A DNA stretch of 64,000 nucleotides from contig JAPMXV010000048.1 in NCBI GenBank assembly GCA_026936335.1, forward strand, positions 1 through 64,000, read 5' to 3'. The position numbers and the translations under genes are program-made. This document shows, one piece after another, positions 48,252-60,738 of the stretch. The notes under the pieces were generated by a model. The model did not search any database and was not told where the DNA came from. It worked only from the letters and a program-made list of their open reading frames with translations. The stretch is from Mantamonas sphyraenae STR306. Lineage: Eukaryota > Protista > CRuMs. How positions within the stretch are numbered: the stretch's first letter is position 1; each line of letters opens with the position of its first letter.

Positions 48252-49536
48252 AGACACGTAAAATCGTTGCTTACCCTGTCCACTTTGATCCCTCGTCCTC
48301 TGAGATATCCAGTCGGTATACGCAAAACGAGAAAACGAGAGTATCCCAAGAAGGATGGGTTTGTACAAAATCGCGCAATATCGTACAATATCCACCTCCA
48401 AGCTGTGCGCAGAATGTGTGACCTGGAGTAACACCAGGAGTGACTGGAGTGATAGAATGATTGTGAGCACAGTGCAGCCGTTGTCTGCGACTCTCAAAGT
48501 GCTGTCTGGGCTCCTTGGAGGGGTTGTTTCGGCAAGTGATTCGTCATCGTGTGTCGGCTGTGCCCTTGCTTTGGATACCCTCTCCAGATGGATCTCACTT
48601 TGCTGTGGGTGCAACGACAGTTGTAGCTTCTGCATTGCACGGTTTTCGGTGGGCAGAGCAAAGCGACATCCTCACACCATCCCAGCCTGGTCAGATTCCC
48701 TTTTGCACAACGGCAATCAAACGTGCCCACCGAGCCTGTCCCTCAAATGGTCACGGTCCATACCACCGTCTGTATGAAGCAACCCATGGGTTTGGGAGAT
48801 CCCAAGGATCGTTCTTTGGATGGGTGAGCCTCCTGCACCAGAAGAGCCGACTGGGCGAAGTTGGTCCTCACGCACCAACCTCCGGCGCCTGTGGAGCCAA
48901 TGCTGTCCATACCATTTCTTGAAGTAGACCGCACAGCTGAGGTGGTGGCGAAACGAGAAACCTGAGATGAGCAAACGCGACCCGGACTGCGCATGGCTCG
49001 ATTGGACCACGTCTACCGTGAATCGATCGGTCGACTCCAACTCTGCTCCCAATGCTAACAACTGTGCGCTCCAATAGAGTTCACACCAGGCATGGAAGAG
49101 CAGCCAAGGAGTCGGCCACAGCGGATCTTGCCTGATGCACCCTGCACATCCAGATCGCACTGGTCGGAGATTGACCCTACCTTGCCAAGCTCCACCGTAG
49201 GCCATCAGAGACACCTGTGACACCTGAAAGCTGCTTGTAGGTGTTCGATCCAACCTCTAACCGATCTTCGGGTCAGAAACGCCGCGCAACAGGCTTCCAA
49301 CGCGACCTGGGAGGGCAAAACCCGCGCAAGCCCTGACACCAAGCCGCTTCTCCTGCGACTGCGTGACAAGCCGGACACAGGGCCACAGACGGATGTCCAA
49401 CACAACCATGCAGAGCATGCACCTACGGACGGAACAAAGAGGCGATTGCCACCCTGTCAGAGGGGTAGAAAGCGACGTGAACGACTCGTGCGCAACTCGC
49501 AGCAATTTCAAGCACGAAAAAACCACCCCGTCCGCG

Positions 49537-50904
49537 ATGCCGCGTTTCTTCCTTCTCATCTTGACCATTACGCTTCTGTGTGCGACACCCACACTGGCTG
49601 TACAGACGTACACCTTTCCCGGGTGCAACGACCACTTTTCTGGGCTTGCTTCGTCTCCGGTGACACGCTCGGGCGTGCGTTGGGACGCCAGTGCGCAGGC
49701 GCTGTATGTTGTAGACACAGCATACACCACGCTTGCCAACCAGCTTTCATACTCGGGACCAGGAGTTGCGCGCGGCTTCCTGGCCAAGATGGCCCTGAAC
49801 GGCACGACGGAGTGGAGCGTTCGCTTCCGGTCATTCGGGTCAGACGTGGTGCTGCAGGACGGCTCTGTGTTTGTGCTTGGTCGCATCTCCACCAACCCAT
49901 CCCTGACGAGCGGGCAGACAGAACTCAGTCGCGTCATGCCCAACGGCACGGTGGTGTGGAAGATGGCGGATTCGGACATGAGCCAGAGTGGGCTGCGCAT
50001 GGCTTCGTGGGGAGCGTCAGACCTGGTTCTGGTTGGACACATCGCCAACACAACAGCCAACACGGTAACGATGTATGTGCAACGGCGTGCGTCGAACGGC
50101 ACGGTAAAGTGGACCACGGTGTTTGGAAGTGGCGACAGCAAAGACCAAGTGCGCGAGGTGGGCGTCGATGCGAGCTCTGGAGACATCTTTGCAGCGGGCG
50201 GTGCATCCACCAACATACCAGGGTACCCGAAACCGTCTGGATTTGCGACGCGGATGTTTGTGGCACGAGTGTCGTCTGCAGGTGTGCTCCAGAGCGTGGC
50301 CTACCCTTCGTCTTCGCCCACAGGAGGGGCAACGATGGTAGACTACGACGCCCAGAGCATCGCTGTAGACAGTGCGTCTAGCAAGCTGTACACTGTCGCC
50401 TACAAGGCCGAGAACTCTGGGTGGCGCGCCACGCTGTACCAAACAGATTTTGCTGGAACACTGAACTGGCATCGTACCAATGCGTCGATCGACAACCAGT
50501 TCCCCCGACCTGCAATGGTCGATGTAGATTCCACGGGAGTGTACTACGCAACCTGGTATCTGCAGGGCACGACAACCACGCCCATCTCGGCCGTGCTGCG
50601 GTACGACGCGACCGGCTCGTTCCAGTGGTGGAAAACCTGGGCTCCAGACCACTACGTGTCTGGCATGACACTTGCAGGTGACTCCATCGTGGTGTTTGGC
50701 TTTACCATGGATGCGAGCACGTCGACCCGGTACTGCTCGCTCTCGGTGGTTGGCAAGAGTGAGCCGTCGTCGCCCACACCGGACAGCTCGACCCCAACCC
50801 CAACTCCAACGGCAGCACCCACTTCCAGCGACGCAACTCACAACCATGTTCATTTGATCCTGCTCCTCCTCACTTGGCTCTGTCTCCTTCATTTGCTGCA
50901 GTGA
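49537..50904 (+). CDS. Second copy of beta-propeller surface protein 1
   Basis: Identical translation to 16594-17961. Confidence 0.8.
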   Translation: MPRFFLLILTITLLCATPTLAVQTYTFPGCNDHFSGLASSPVTRSGVRWDASAQALYVVDTAYTTLANQLSYSGPGVARGFLAKMALNGTTEWSVRFRSFGSDVVLQDGSVFVLGRISTNPSLTSGQTELSRVMPNGTVVWKMADSDMSQSGLRMASWGASDLVLVGHIANTTANTVTMYVQRRASNGTVKWTTVFGSGDSKDQVREVGVDASSGDIFAAGGASTNIPGYPKPSGFATRMFVARVSSAGVLQSVAYPSSSPTGGATMVDYDAQSIAVDSASSKLYTVAYKAENSGWRATLYQTDFAGTLNWHRTNASIDNQFPRPAMVDVDSTGVYYATWYLQGTTTTPISAVLRYDATGSFQWWKTWAPDHYVSGMTLAGDSIVVFGFTMDASTSTRYCSLSVVGKSEPSSPTPDSSTPTPTPTAAPTSSDATHNHVHLILLLLTWLCLLHLLQ

Positions 50905-51048
50905 GATGTGGGACAGCGACTGCACACCTGACGGTATCCAACAAAAAGCAAGCGGTTGCGAAAGATTCTTTATGTTTTGTTATTGTGGTTGCTGCTGCTC
51001 CTTGACTACGGTGCGGGTTCGTCGAGCGCTCCAATCAAGGCGCTGGGC

Positions 51049-51600
51049 TCATGTCTCTATCATTTCAAAGCCTGTCAAGTTGCTCGAACTCATGTGCTGC
51101 TGCCTATCCAGTTGTGCCTGCTGCTTCTCACTCCACACTTGTGTTTCATCGTCGGCGGTTGGATTTTCCAGGTAGATATCGTTTGACCTGTGCGCACCGC
51201 GGCGAAACTTCTTGGCAAGGTCCAGCTCGTGGAAGCTACACGGACATTGACCTTGGGCGCTCGCCTCTCCCCGGCCAGAGGAATACTGACTATTGTCCTG
51301 CTGCGTGCATTTCCAGTGGCGCCGCAGATTCTTGGCCGCTTGGGCCCAGCCGAACAGTTGCTTACCTGCCAGTATGTACGTGGCGTATTTTGGCTGTGCA
51401 CCGTCACCATCTTTCTTCGATCTCTTCATGATGGGCACACCAGCTTTCGATAGAAGTGTTTTCACAGCAGACAGTGTGAATTCTTTGTCCACCTTCTTGG
51501 TGGCCAGCAAGCAGCCATCTGAGGCCGAGTCAACATGTGTGTTGACAACGTCACGGATCTCGGCCAGGGTTTCTGCCGAGACCACTTGCCTGTCCGTCGA

Positions 51601-51632
<32 letters not shown>

Positions 51633-52384
51633 GATCGTCGTCGTTCGTGTTCGGTGTGTTGTACGCACATAACACAATGTCTTCCGGCGCCTTCTCCAGT
51701 TGCCGGAGCTCGTCGGTTGTTGGTATTCCCAGAAAACCCAGAATGCGGTCCAGAACTTCCTTGTCGTCGCTATAGTGCGGTGGTGACGTGTTTGTGCGCG
51801 ACGTGAGCGCATTTGTGTGCTTCGAGGTCTCCCTGACAGTTCTCCTGCTCAGTTTCTCTGCAGATTGAAGCGTTTTCTGTGAGCATGTCAGAAGGGCAAG
51901 GTTCTGAAGGCGTTTGCAACGGTTGTCTTGGATTGAATACCAGCCACTGGATGATAAGTGCTCCTTGGGAGAGTCCAACAAAGCCACGAACTCACGGTAG
52001 GGGATCGCTTCCCAGATACCCAGTTGTTCTGCAGGTGACATCCCGCAGTACAAGTCCACCATGTCCGGTTGCGGTCCGCTGTACTCATCATCCCCTTCTT
52101 CGGCTGTTTTCATGTTCTTTTGCAATTCTTCCTTGTACTTCTCCTCTGACTTGTCGTTGGTACGATACTCCTCCACCTTTTGCGCGACCTGGCGCAGGAG
52201 CTTCTCGTTGACCTTCTCCAACCGCTGGACCCCGCGGCGCCTTTTCTCGTACCACCGTACATTGTTTTCCGCTTTTGAAGTGGGCGGTGTATATCGTTGG
52301 CACCGAAGCTTGACGGTGGATACGTACAAGCGCCACAGATCTGATGTTGTGTCGAGCTTGTGTCCCGAGCTGCTACTGCTACTG

Positions 52385-52420
<36 letters not shown>

Positions 52421-55400
52421 AGGTCATTGAACTCCTCACTGCTGTCTGGCTCCCCCTGATCCTTCTCAACCCGCTGGTGTTTTGCGACGGGGTTCTCGTT
52501 GTCATCAAACTCACCCCCTCGGGCGTCTTCATCGCTTCGATCACGCTTGGAAGGTCGATCTGTGGCGTTCAACTCGTCCTGCGAGTTTGACGGCCCGTAC
52601 GGCACGTTGACGTCGTACACTGGTAGCTGGGGTAGGGTGACTTCACCGTCCACAGTCCAGACATGGACGTTGCTTTCGTATGGTTCCAGGACGATGCGAG
52701 CATGACCATCAACATCTGTGTCCCTCAGGGGGATTGGGGCGTCGAAATAGTACACGTTCTGCCCGTTGTGCGCTAGGCCTCGCTCAAGTTGCTGAGCATC
52801 AAACGAAGAGCTTTCTGCTGCGCTCCATTTCGCCAGCAACTCTACCATGAATGCTACATCGCACGGGTCTGAGGATCCCATGTGCATGTCCCGCTGGGCG
52901 TTATGGGGACTTCCAAACAGTCTCTTGTTGCTCAACCTATCCTTGGCATGCTGACGCTTGGCGTACTGGTCAAAGTCCTTTTTGTGCTTGAAAAGAAGCT
53001 CCAGATTCGCGACGTAATCTTTGTGCCGTCCGACGGAGACCAAGTTCATCTGCGAGCGCAAGAACGCCTCGTTCACATCGTTCGGGACGTTTCGCACACG
53101 GTTTACCATCTGCACAACCATCATGGGTGATGTTAAGTCGGGTTTCCGCAGAAAAGAGAATGAATCGAACGCCGTGGGCTCGACGCTCACTCCTTCAACG
53201 ATTTTGCTCGTCACAAACGTCGCGTCGTGATCTGCGCAACCTTTTGCCGATTGGCTCCTGGCCATATTGCGGAAAAGCCCTTGCTTTCTCTCGCTTTGTG
53301 CCTTGTGAAAATCGGTCAGCGGAATCCGCTTGAATGTACTCTTGCTCATGGCGTTCAGGTTGCGGACGCTCCGGTCCTGTTCCGTTTTGTCCACTCCCTT
53401 GCCCTTTACCAAGTACACGGTGGGTTTGCGGTCTGTCACAGCGGCTTGGTTTTCGGTGTAGAGCTCGCAGCAGCGTTCAAGGTCATCCACTGCAGAGAAG
53501 ATGCGGTAGTCGCGGAGAAACTCCAGGTCAGCCTGTGGACGGTGCTGCCATTCGGCGATCATGCGCTGCAGAAACGTCTCCTGTGAGCGGTGGATGACCA
53601 CGTCCATGCCACGTGGCTTTTCTCGTCCGACTACGATGACACGGAAACGCAGATTGCGGTTGGGAACCAGCCTGCGGATGGTGGAAACCCAAAACGACAC
53701 CGTCTCCGGCGTCAACTCCGCCGAGGCAAAGTACAGCATCTTGGCTGTGATGAATGTGCGCAAAATACAGCCGAGGGTCGCATTAACCGGTGCGTTGTGT
53801 GCCAACGTTTGTTCCAGGAGCTTGCTCGGTAGCCGCGCGATCTCGTCGAGATTGACAAACTCAGGCTCCATGTTTTCGTGGTACACATGGCGCAGCATGC
53901 TCTCCATTGTTGAGACGACGTGTTGCACATCTTCCTTTCTGCGCTTGCCGTTGCGGATGTCATCGTACGAGACGACGCCCGGGAGGTTGTCCATCAGGCT
54001 TGGCAGCAAGGCAGTCCGGTAGATGATGCTCAGCGAGGACTGCAAAAAGGCCGATTCTTTGTCGTCTCCATCTGTGGCATGCATAAGGTAATCGGAGTGC
54101 AGACGGGCGAGGAGAAGCGACTTACCCAGAGCCGTTGGTGCGCACACAAAATAAACAAGCATCGGCAAATTGCCTTCTGCATCCTCAATCTCGATATCGT
54201 CCTGCCCTTCGTAGTCACGGCGCAGATGATCCATGTCTTGCGAGATTTTGGCCCACACCTCCTTGTCGTCTGCGCGACCGGCATGGACAAACACATCCTG
54301 CTGATGGATCTTCTCCTTGAGACCATCCAGCCAATCCTTCTCAGCCCTTTCTTTCTCCAAGTCCGACGCCATCGTTCGGGCGGGCTGTGATTGTATGTTG
54401 TACAGGATGGCGCTCATGAGCACAAGCAGCGTGTCCAGGTCCAAGTTGCACAGATCGGGCGACTTTGGTACCTGGGACACCTTGTGCCGAGGATTCCCTC
54501 CACACACAGCCCAGTTTTCGTCTTTCCGTACATACACGTACACCTTTGGCAAACGAGAGAGGGTGACGCGGATTTGTGTCCGCTCCTCTTGGTCGGTGAT
54601 GATTAGCCGCACCGCACCGTTGCCAAACGCCGAGCGGCGCACCTGTACATCTGCTTCCTCCCAGGTCTTGTCAAAAGCTCCGCTTTCGTCTGTGTTCATC
54701 GTGTCTGTGGCTGTCTGAGTGTTGCAAGAGTCGCTCGGAAGGCGAGTTGGTATCAGACGCGCAGTCTCCTCCAAGATCCTCCCCAAATAGCGCAAACCTT
54801 CGTGTTGAGCATGCTGGGTGAGAAACGTGGACACGTACTTGTCCAGGGACATTGTGCTCTGCTCGTCGGACGTGTCGAGCCTGTGCAGCAGCCAGTTTGC
54901 CAGCACAGGAGGACACGTTTGTTCAGCTTGCATGGTGTACGGCCACAGAGCACTGGTGGAACTGTACGCTGTCAGTAGCTTGCTGTAATCCTCGCTCATC
55001 ACCAATTTCCGCACCGACTTGTTCCAAGCCTTTTGCTGCACTGTCCCCTTGAATCTCTGAAGGACAGTCACAGGGTGGTCGCTGTTCAAGCCACACATGG
55101 AAGGTGAGTGTCGTTCGGGAAGAAGCATTTCAGAGCACACCATGACGCCACCTAGCTTCTTCTCAATTTCCTTCAGGATCCCCAGCGTGCGCTCTGCGGT
55201 GTCCCGATCCACACGCAAATCCACAACCAGCTGGACGCACACAGATGGATCGTCTTTGTCAGCAGAGCGACGGACCATGATGGTGTACATAACGCTCATG
55301 AACTCGATGTCCTCGTCCTCGTATTCGCCGACCAGCTTTTGGAGAAACTCGAGCACCACTTTCTTGGTATGCGTCACGTAAACGCCGTCGTTCTCTTCAT

Positions 55401-55926
55401 CGCCATCATACCGGAAGTGAACTACCAGTTTGTGATCCATGTCTTGGGCATACGTGGCCTCAGCCAGAGGCACGACGTTCTCCGCTGCATGCTCCTGGTA
55501 CCATCGCAGCATTTTCTCACAGTACCCGGGGTACTCCATGTTGCCAATACCCATGCGCGCCGTCTCTTCGCCGATTTGTACGTACACGGGGCCACCTCTT
55601 TTCCTGTACCTGCGTTCGAACATACCAAAGCCCGTGCCGAGTTTACCCTTGCCTTTTCTTTGCGCTGTGCTCGACGGCTCTTCAGCGTCTTCCCCAATCC
55701 CAACTTTGACTGTAGTGTTGTCTACATCGACTACAATCTCATTCACAGCCTCGTTGCTACCCCTCACAGGCTCGTTGCTACCCCTCACAGGCTCCACTTG
55801 TGTGGCCGGATGGTTGTGCACAGCGAGGGTGCTCTCGGCCGACGGCAGTCCAGTGTCAGTTTCCAGCTCCATGCCATCGACTGTAGCCTCATTCTTGGCT
55901 TCAGACCGGCTGTCAGACCCCTGCAT
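51049..55926 (-). CDS. ~1625-aa replication protein: possible degenerate AEP-primase-like N-terminus plus herpes UL9/NCLDV origin-binding-type SF2 helicase
   Basis: CAPTALGKS (I), SIIYRTAL (Ia), VVSTMESMLRH, NLDEIARL (II), FASAEL (III), IFSAV (IV), VTSKIVEGVSVE (V), VVQMVNRVRNV (VI). These follow the order of recalled UL9 motifs APMGSGKT / VQVESLHR / LDEV / TTVVTVGLSF / QSLGRVR. Likely start MQGSD. Confidence 0.78.
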
Positions 55927-56180
55927 ATCCCCACTGAGCGAAATCTTGATTGGTTGGGGGTGACGGCGCATCACGAACAGGAAAACATACTCGCCTATCG
56001 AGTGCTCCAACCGATGCCGCTGGTGTCCGGACCTGGTCCTGCACGCTGCTTCATCAACCAGGAGGTACCAACTCATCACACACACACATACGCCAGCTAG
56101 GCTGACTTTTGCGAGCTGGTGCCCGTACTGTTTAGCATCACTGTGTCAAGAACAAGGAAATTATAAAGCCCACCTTCTTT

Positions 56181-56789
56181 TTATGCTTCTGCTTCATCGT
56201 CTGGGATGGAACGTCGGTTGCGCCGGCGGGGGAGAATTATCTCGTCATCGTCATCTCCAGAGTCGTCCACATCGCTTCCGGAGTAGCATGAGCTGTTTAA
56301 ATCGTCAACATCCACATCCAAGTCACTCCAGTTGGCATAGCCGTAGTTGTCCTCCTCATCAGACCCCTCGTTGTAGTACCACTGATCGTCCTCATCTTCC
56401 TCACTCGTCCAACGGTTCTCGTCCTCCTCGTCACTGCTTGTAAGCTCAATGCACTCCAAAAACTCGTCGTCATCCGCAATAAACTGCCTCATCTCCTCCT
56501 CCTCCTCCGAGTCCATAATCTCCTCCTCCTCAAATTCGTCATCAATAAAACGGAACCCGTACCCCCCTACTCCACTGATGGTTTCACCCCTATCTTCCTC
56601 GGCCTCATCATCTATTCCTTCTTCCAGTTCGTACCCGCTGCGGTAGTCTGCATCGTTGTCATCGACAACAATGTTGTGGTCATCATCGCCATCGTTCATC
56701 GTTGGTGTGTTCAACGAACCGATTGCACCACTCGGCATCGAACCAGAGCACTTGTTTTCAGAATCACCTTTAATTGACTGATGGGTCAT
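56181..56789 (-). CDS. Second copy of the small acidic protein
   Basis: Identical translation to 10711-11319. Confidence 0.75.
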   Translation of the reverse strand: MTHQSIKGDSENKCSGSMPSGAIGSLNTPTMNDGDDDHNIVVDDNDADYRSGYELEEGIDDEAEEDRGETISGVGGYGFRFIDDEFEEEEIMDSEEEEEMRQFIADDDEFLECIELTSSDEEDENRWTSEEDEDDQWYYNEGSDEEDNYGYANWSDLDVDVDDLNSSCYSGSDVDDSGDDDDEIILPRRRNRRSIPDDEAEA

Positions 56790-56951
56790 TTGGCGAACTA
56801 CACAACGTTATCTTGGCACAGCTGGAGCATTGCGAGGCACATCTGCTCGCGAGACTACCAATTGGTTTAACGTTACCAAAGTACAATACAACACCACAAC
56901 AATACGATACAGACAGTTTTTGTTCACATGACCTTGGACATCTTCACCGAT

Positions 56952-57306
56952 GGGTGGTTCCTGACGATGACCCGGGGTCCGGACTCGAGCTTCATCGTGA
57001 AAACCACACTTCTCACCCAGCCGACCCCACCTCTCAAAAAAAAAAATCATAGGATGGTATATATATACAACTTTTTTTTTTCGCCACACGACCTTGGGTG
57101 GTTCCTGACGATGACCCGGGGTCCGGACCTGAGCTTCATCGTGAAAACCACACTTCTCACCCAGCCGAGGCAAGACCACCCCACCTCTCCAAAAAAAAAA
57201 AATTCATAGGATGGTATATATATACAACTTTTTTTTTTCGCCACACGACCTTGGGTGGTTCCTGACGATGACCCGGGGTCCGGACCTGAGCTTCATCGTG
57301 AAAACC
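56952..57306. repeat. Mirror copy of the tandem palindrome/AT-tract array
   Basis: Reverse complement of 10193-10549, with small differences in the homopolymer tracts. Confidence 0.9.
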
Positions 57307-57406
57307 AGTTGGTCGAACGCTCATGGGCTGGCTCACAGTGTCTGAAGCCATGGAGCCACAATGCGGTGTTTGGCATCGTCTACAATACACTAGAGCAGAG
57401 GCACGT

Positions 57407-60034
57407 TCATTCGACAATCATCTCCGCGCTTTGTTTTTCTCTGTGAGAGATGGCCTTGCGGAGTGCAGCCACAAACGTCTTTGTGGTGGGCCCAATATAG
57501 CCTTCGTTTTCAACCGCCTTGGATCCTTGCATGAGTAAATCCAGGGCCTTCAACATTCTCACGTTGGTCTGTTTGCTCAGCGTCTCGCAGAGCTTGTCTT
57601 CATCGTCAGTTTCGTCGACATCCAGCAACGGGTAGAGAAACAACCCACGCTTGCAGCGAGTCAAAGCAACGTAAACGAGGTTCAACGACTCGTCCGCGTT
57701 ACCTTGCGTGCTGGCAAACAGGTCAACGAGTCCGAGGATGTGCACATTCCCGCGATCGGCCCCCTTAGCTTTGTGTACCGTCGAGATCTGGATCTTGAAG
57801 AGTCCGTTGCCATCCATGGCGTCTGCTGGAGCGTGCATAAAGTCGTTGAAGCGCTGCTGGAGTTCGTGTACCCCCTGCTCATGAACGAGATCATCCCGCT
57901 GCAAGTACCGCCACCCTCGCACAAGAGCCACAGTTCGCAACATCATCGACACCCTGCGGTTCGCACCTCTGATGCTCCTGAAGAACTGCTGGACGTCCTG
58001 GCGAGTGTCGAAGCGACCGACCACGGCTGTGCGGCCAACGCCCTCCGTGTCGGCAACTTCTTCGGGTCCGAGCATCACCTGCAACTCGCGTTCGACGAAC
58101 CCCTGCGCGGTAGATCGCCACTCTTCCACATTCGTATGTTCTTCTGAGCCCCCGTGTTTGCTCCACCGACACTGGAGCTCAGTGCAAACTTGGGCGTACT
58201 CGTGGCCGCGATTGTCTGCAAGGAAGAATTGGTCGTACACAGCCAGCAACACACACTGCTCCTGGTTGTTGCGTACGATCAATAGGTCATCGTTTTCTGC
58301 CGTGGTCGCTCGGGGCAGCTCCTCGCGCGGCCCAAACGTACCTTGCGCAACGACGTCCTTGTCAAACTCGATTGGGGTGCCCAACGTCTCCAGCACTGGT
58401 GCCATCTTGGAAAACACGCGACGTGTGAGTTTCAGCTCCAGGGTGTTCGTTCGCATCCCCTGGTTCGAGGCTTCCTCTTTCAGAGTGGCAAGCGCCGTTG
58501 GTGCCGCTCCTAGTGACAGGTTGATGGCCTGGCGCTTGTCGCCAAACACTGCAAGTATGCTGCCCTTCTTTTCCGTCATGCGGCGGGCAAATTCGATCAT
58601 GGCGGGAGTGCAGTCCTGTGCTTCGTCCACAATGAGCAGAGGGGCCACCATGTGCTTCTGCGGCAAGGAATCTGCGCCTGTGATGTTTGCCACGTACACC
58701 GCATCTGGCATTGACACAATGCTTGTCATGTTGTTGGCAAACAGCTCGGCTGGCTTCAGCACCAGGCACACGAGCTCGGTCAGCACGCCCCGCTCAAACT
58801 CTGCCCCAAGCGCCTTTTTTTCCAGTCCAGAGTGAGTGCGCAGATTGCGTTCCGTGTTGATCATGTGGTATACTTCACTCTTGTCGTTGCCAATGTTCAT
58901 CTGCATGCAAGCCTGGCTGTAGAACTCAACCAGCGTTCGCAGCACCTTTTGCTCGACGCTCCTGACCAGCGGCGCATACTGCTGACAGCACTGTGTCAAC
59001 ACAGGCTTGGCAAACTTTACAATGTTTTGGTAGTGTCTCTGACACATGTCCCGAATTTCCTGGTTGTTGGTGCTTGCCTTGGACGCGTCGGCTCGTTTGA
59101 CAAATTCGTTCGTAAGCTTGGTCACGTTTTCGCATAGGTACGAGTCAATGCGCTCATCGTCGATCTTCATGCCCTGTTGCATGTCAGCGCTCGCTCTGCA
59201 CAGTACCTGCACAAAGTATCTCGGAAGAACCGAGCTCGAAGAGCTCGAATCAAACGTCACCGCTCCCTTTGCATGACTGCCCAAATCGCTCATGGCCTTG
59301 GAATGGAAAGTGCACACGTGCACACCATCGTCACTCCGCTTTGCCGCCACCTTGACTCCAGCTCGCTCGAGTGCCTCCTTCAAATCGTTCGCGTTGGCGC
59401 GGTTGAACACCAGCACATACAGAGCTCGGTCGGTCGTCCACCGATTCTCTCCACCCTCTTCTCTGAGGACTTCCTTCACAATAACCCTGATCACAGTCGA
59501 CTTGCCCGCACCCGGCACTGCCTCAATCACAAGCCCCACCGCGTCCTTCTTTCGCGTCGCGGCCACTATCAAATCGACAAGCTCCCTCTGATCCCTGCTC
59601 AATGGCCTCTCTGTTGCTCTGCAAACATCTCCAGCCGATGCGGATGACGAGCAAGGCTGATCCAGGTGCTGCGTCGAGTCTGAAACGGCGCTCGCGTCTA
59701 CTTCGTCCATGCGCCATGCCCGTGGGGGTTAGTTATTGTTGTAGAGGTGTTTATGTTTTACCAACCACGTAATTTGGAACCGTGTGTGGACGTTTGGGGG
59801 GCACGTACCAAGGTCAATGCGAGCCTGTTTCTTTGGCTGGGGCAGTGCCGCTGCAACTGTCGAAATCCACTCGTCCTCCTGGTACGACTCCTCAATACTT
59901 GCTGAACGTGCACGTTTGCGCCCTTCTTCGTCGTGGGGCTGTGAACCTGCATCGGGCTGGCTCGTTTCGTCTGCCAGGACAATGTCACCAACACTCTCAT
60001 CGACAGGGTCGATTTCCGGGATATCGATGTCCAT
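57407..60034 (-). CDS. UvrD/FBH1-like SF1 helicase, intact copy (767-aa main exon plus acidic/NLS first exon)
   Basis: All SF1 motifs lie in one ORF, 57407-59710. Upstream exon MDIDIPEID...KKQARIDL. Confidence 0.9.
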
Positions 60035-60239
60035 GATTGCTTGTTTGCGTCTTGTGAGTGATCGAGCGGATTACTGTGACGTGCAAAGTGCAATCGCGTT
60101 GAGTTGCCTCAGACGGGGCAACCACGAGCTGCAGACCAAGTTGGACCGACAGGGCCACAGTGATGCTCCCACGCCCCTCAGAGCTTCCTCCATGCCCACA
60201 CAGGTCGACACATCCATCTGTCAACCAGTAGTCCATGTA

Positions 60240-60596
60240 TGGTCCCTGTTTGTGGTTTGTTTCGTGGTCCCGGACTTGGTCCGGACTGGACCTTCATCGA
60301 AACCTCCAGTCACACGAATTGATGAGGTGAAATGAAAAGCCAAAAAAATCAAAATACACCCGATTTTACGATGACCAGTGGGTCCGGACCTGGTCCGGGC
60401 CCAGGCTTCATCGCAAAACCAATCACAATCCACAGTGTGTGTGACCAAAGAGTGTGTTGGTACATGTGCGGAACTGTCCTCCCAGGACTTGGTCCAGGAC
60501 TCACTGATATCGAAAGCGGTGAGCGAAACGACACGAACCCGACGATGAGAGTGGTCCCGGGCGAGGTCCAACCAGGCCCACCACCTTGATTGGGTG
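60240..60596. promoter_or_regulatory. Mirror copy of the palindromic box cluster
   Basis: Reverse complement of 6905-7262. Confidence 0.6.
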
Positions 60597-60738
60597 AAAG
60601 GTGTACACCTCCTTGTGAACCACACAAGTCGTGGGCGCTGTGGGCTCCGTCGTCGATACGTTGATTACGTTGAGCAAGAGGACAAAGGGGCCAAGCAAGT
60701 TGCGCAGAACCCACCAAAGCCGCCCTTTGTTCTGCTCC

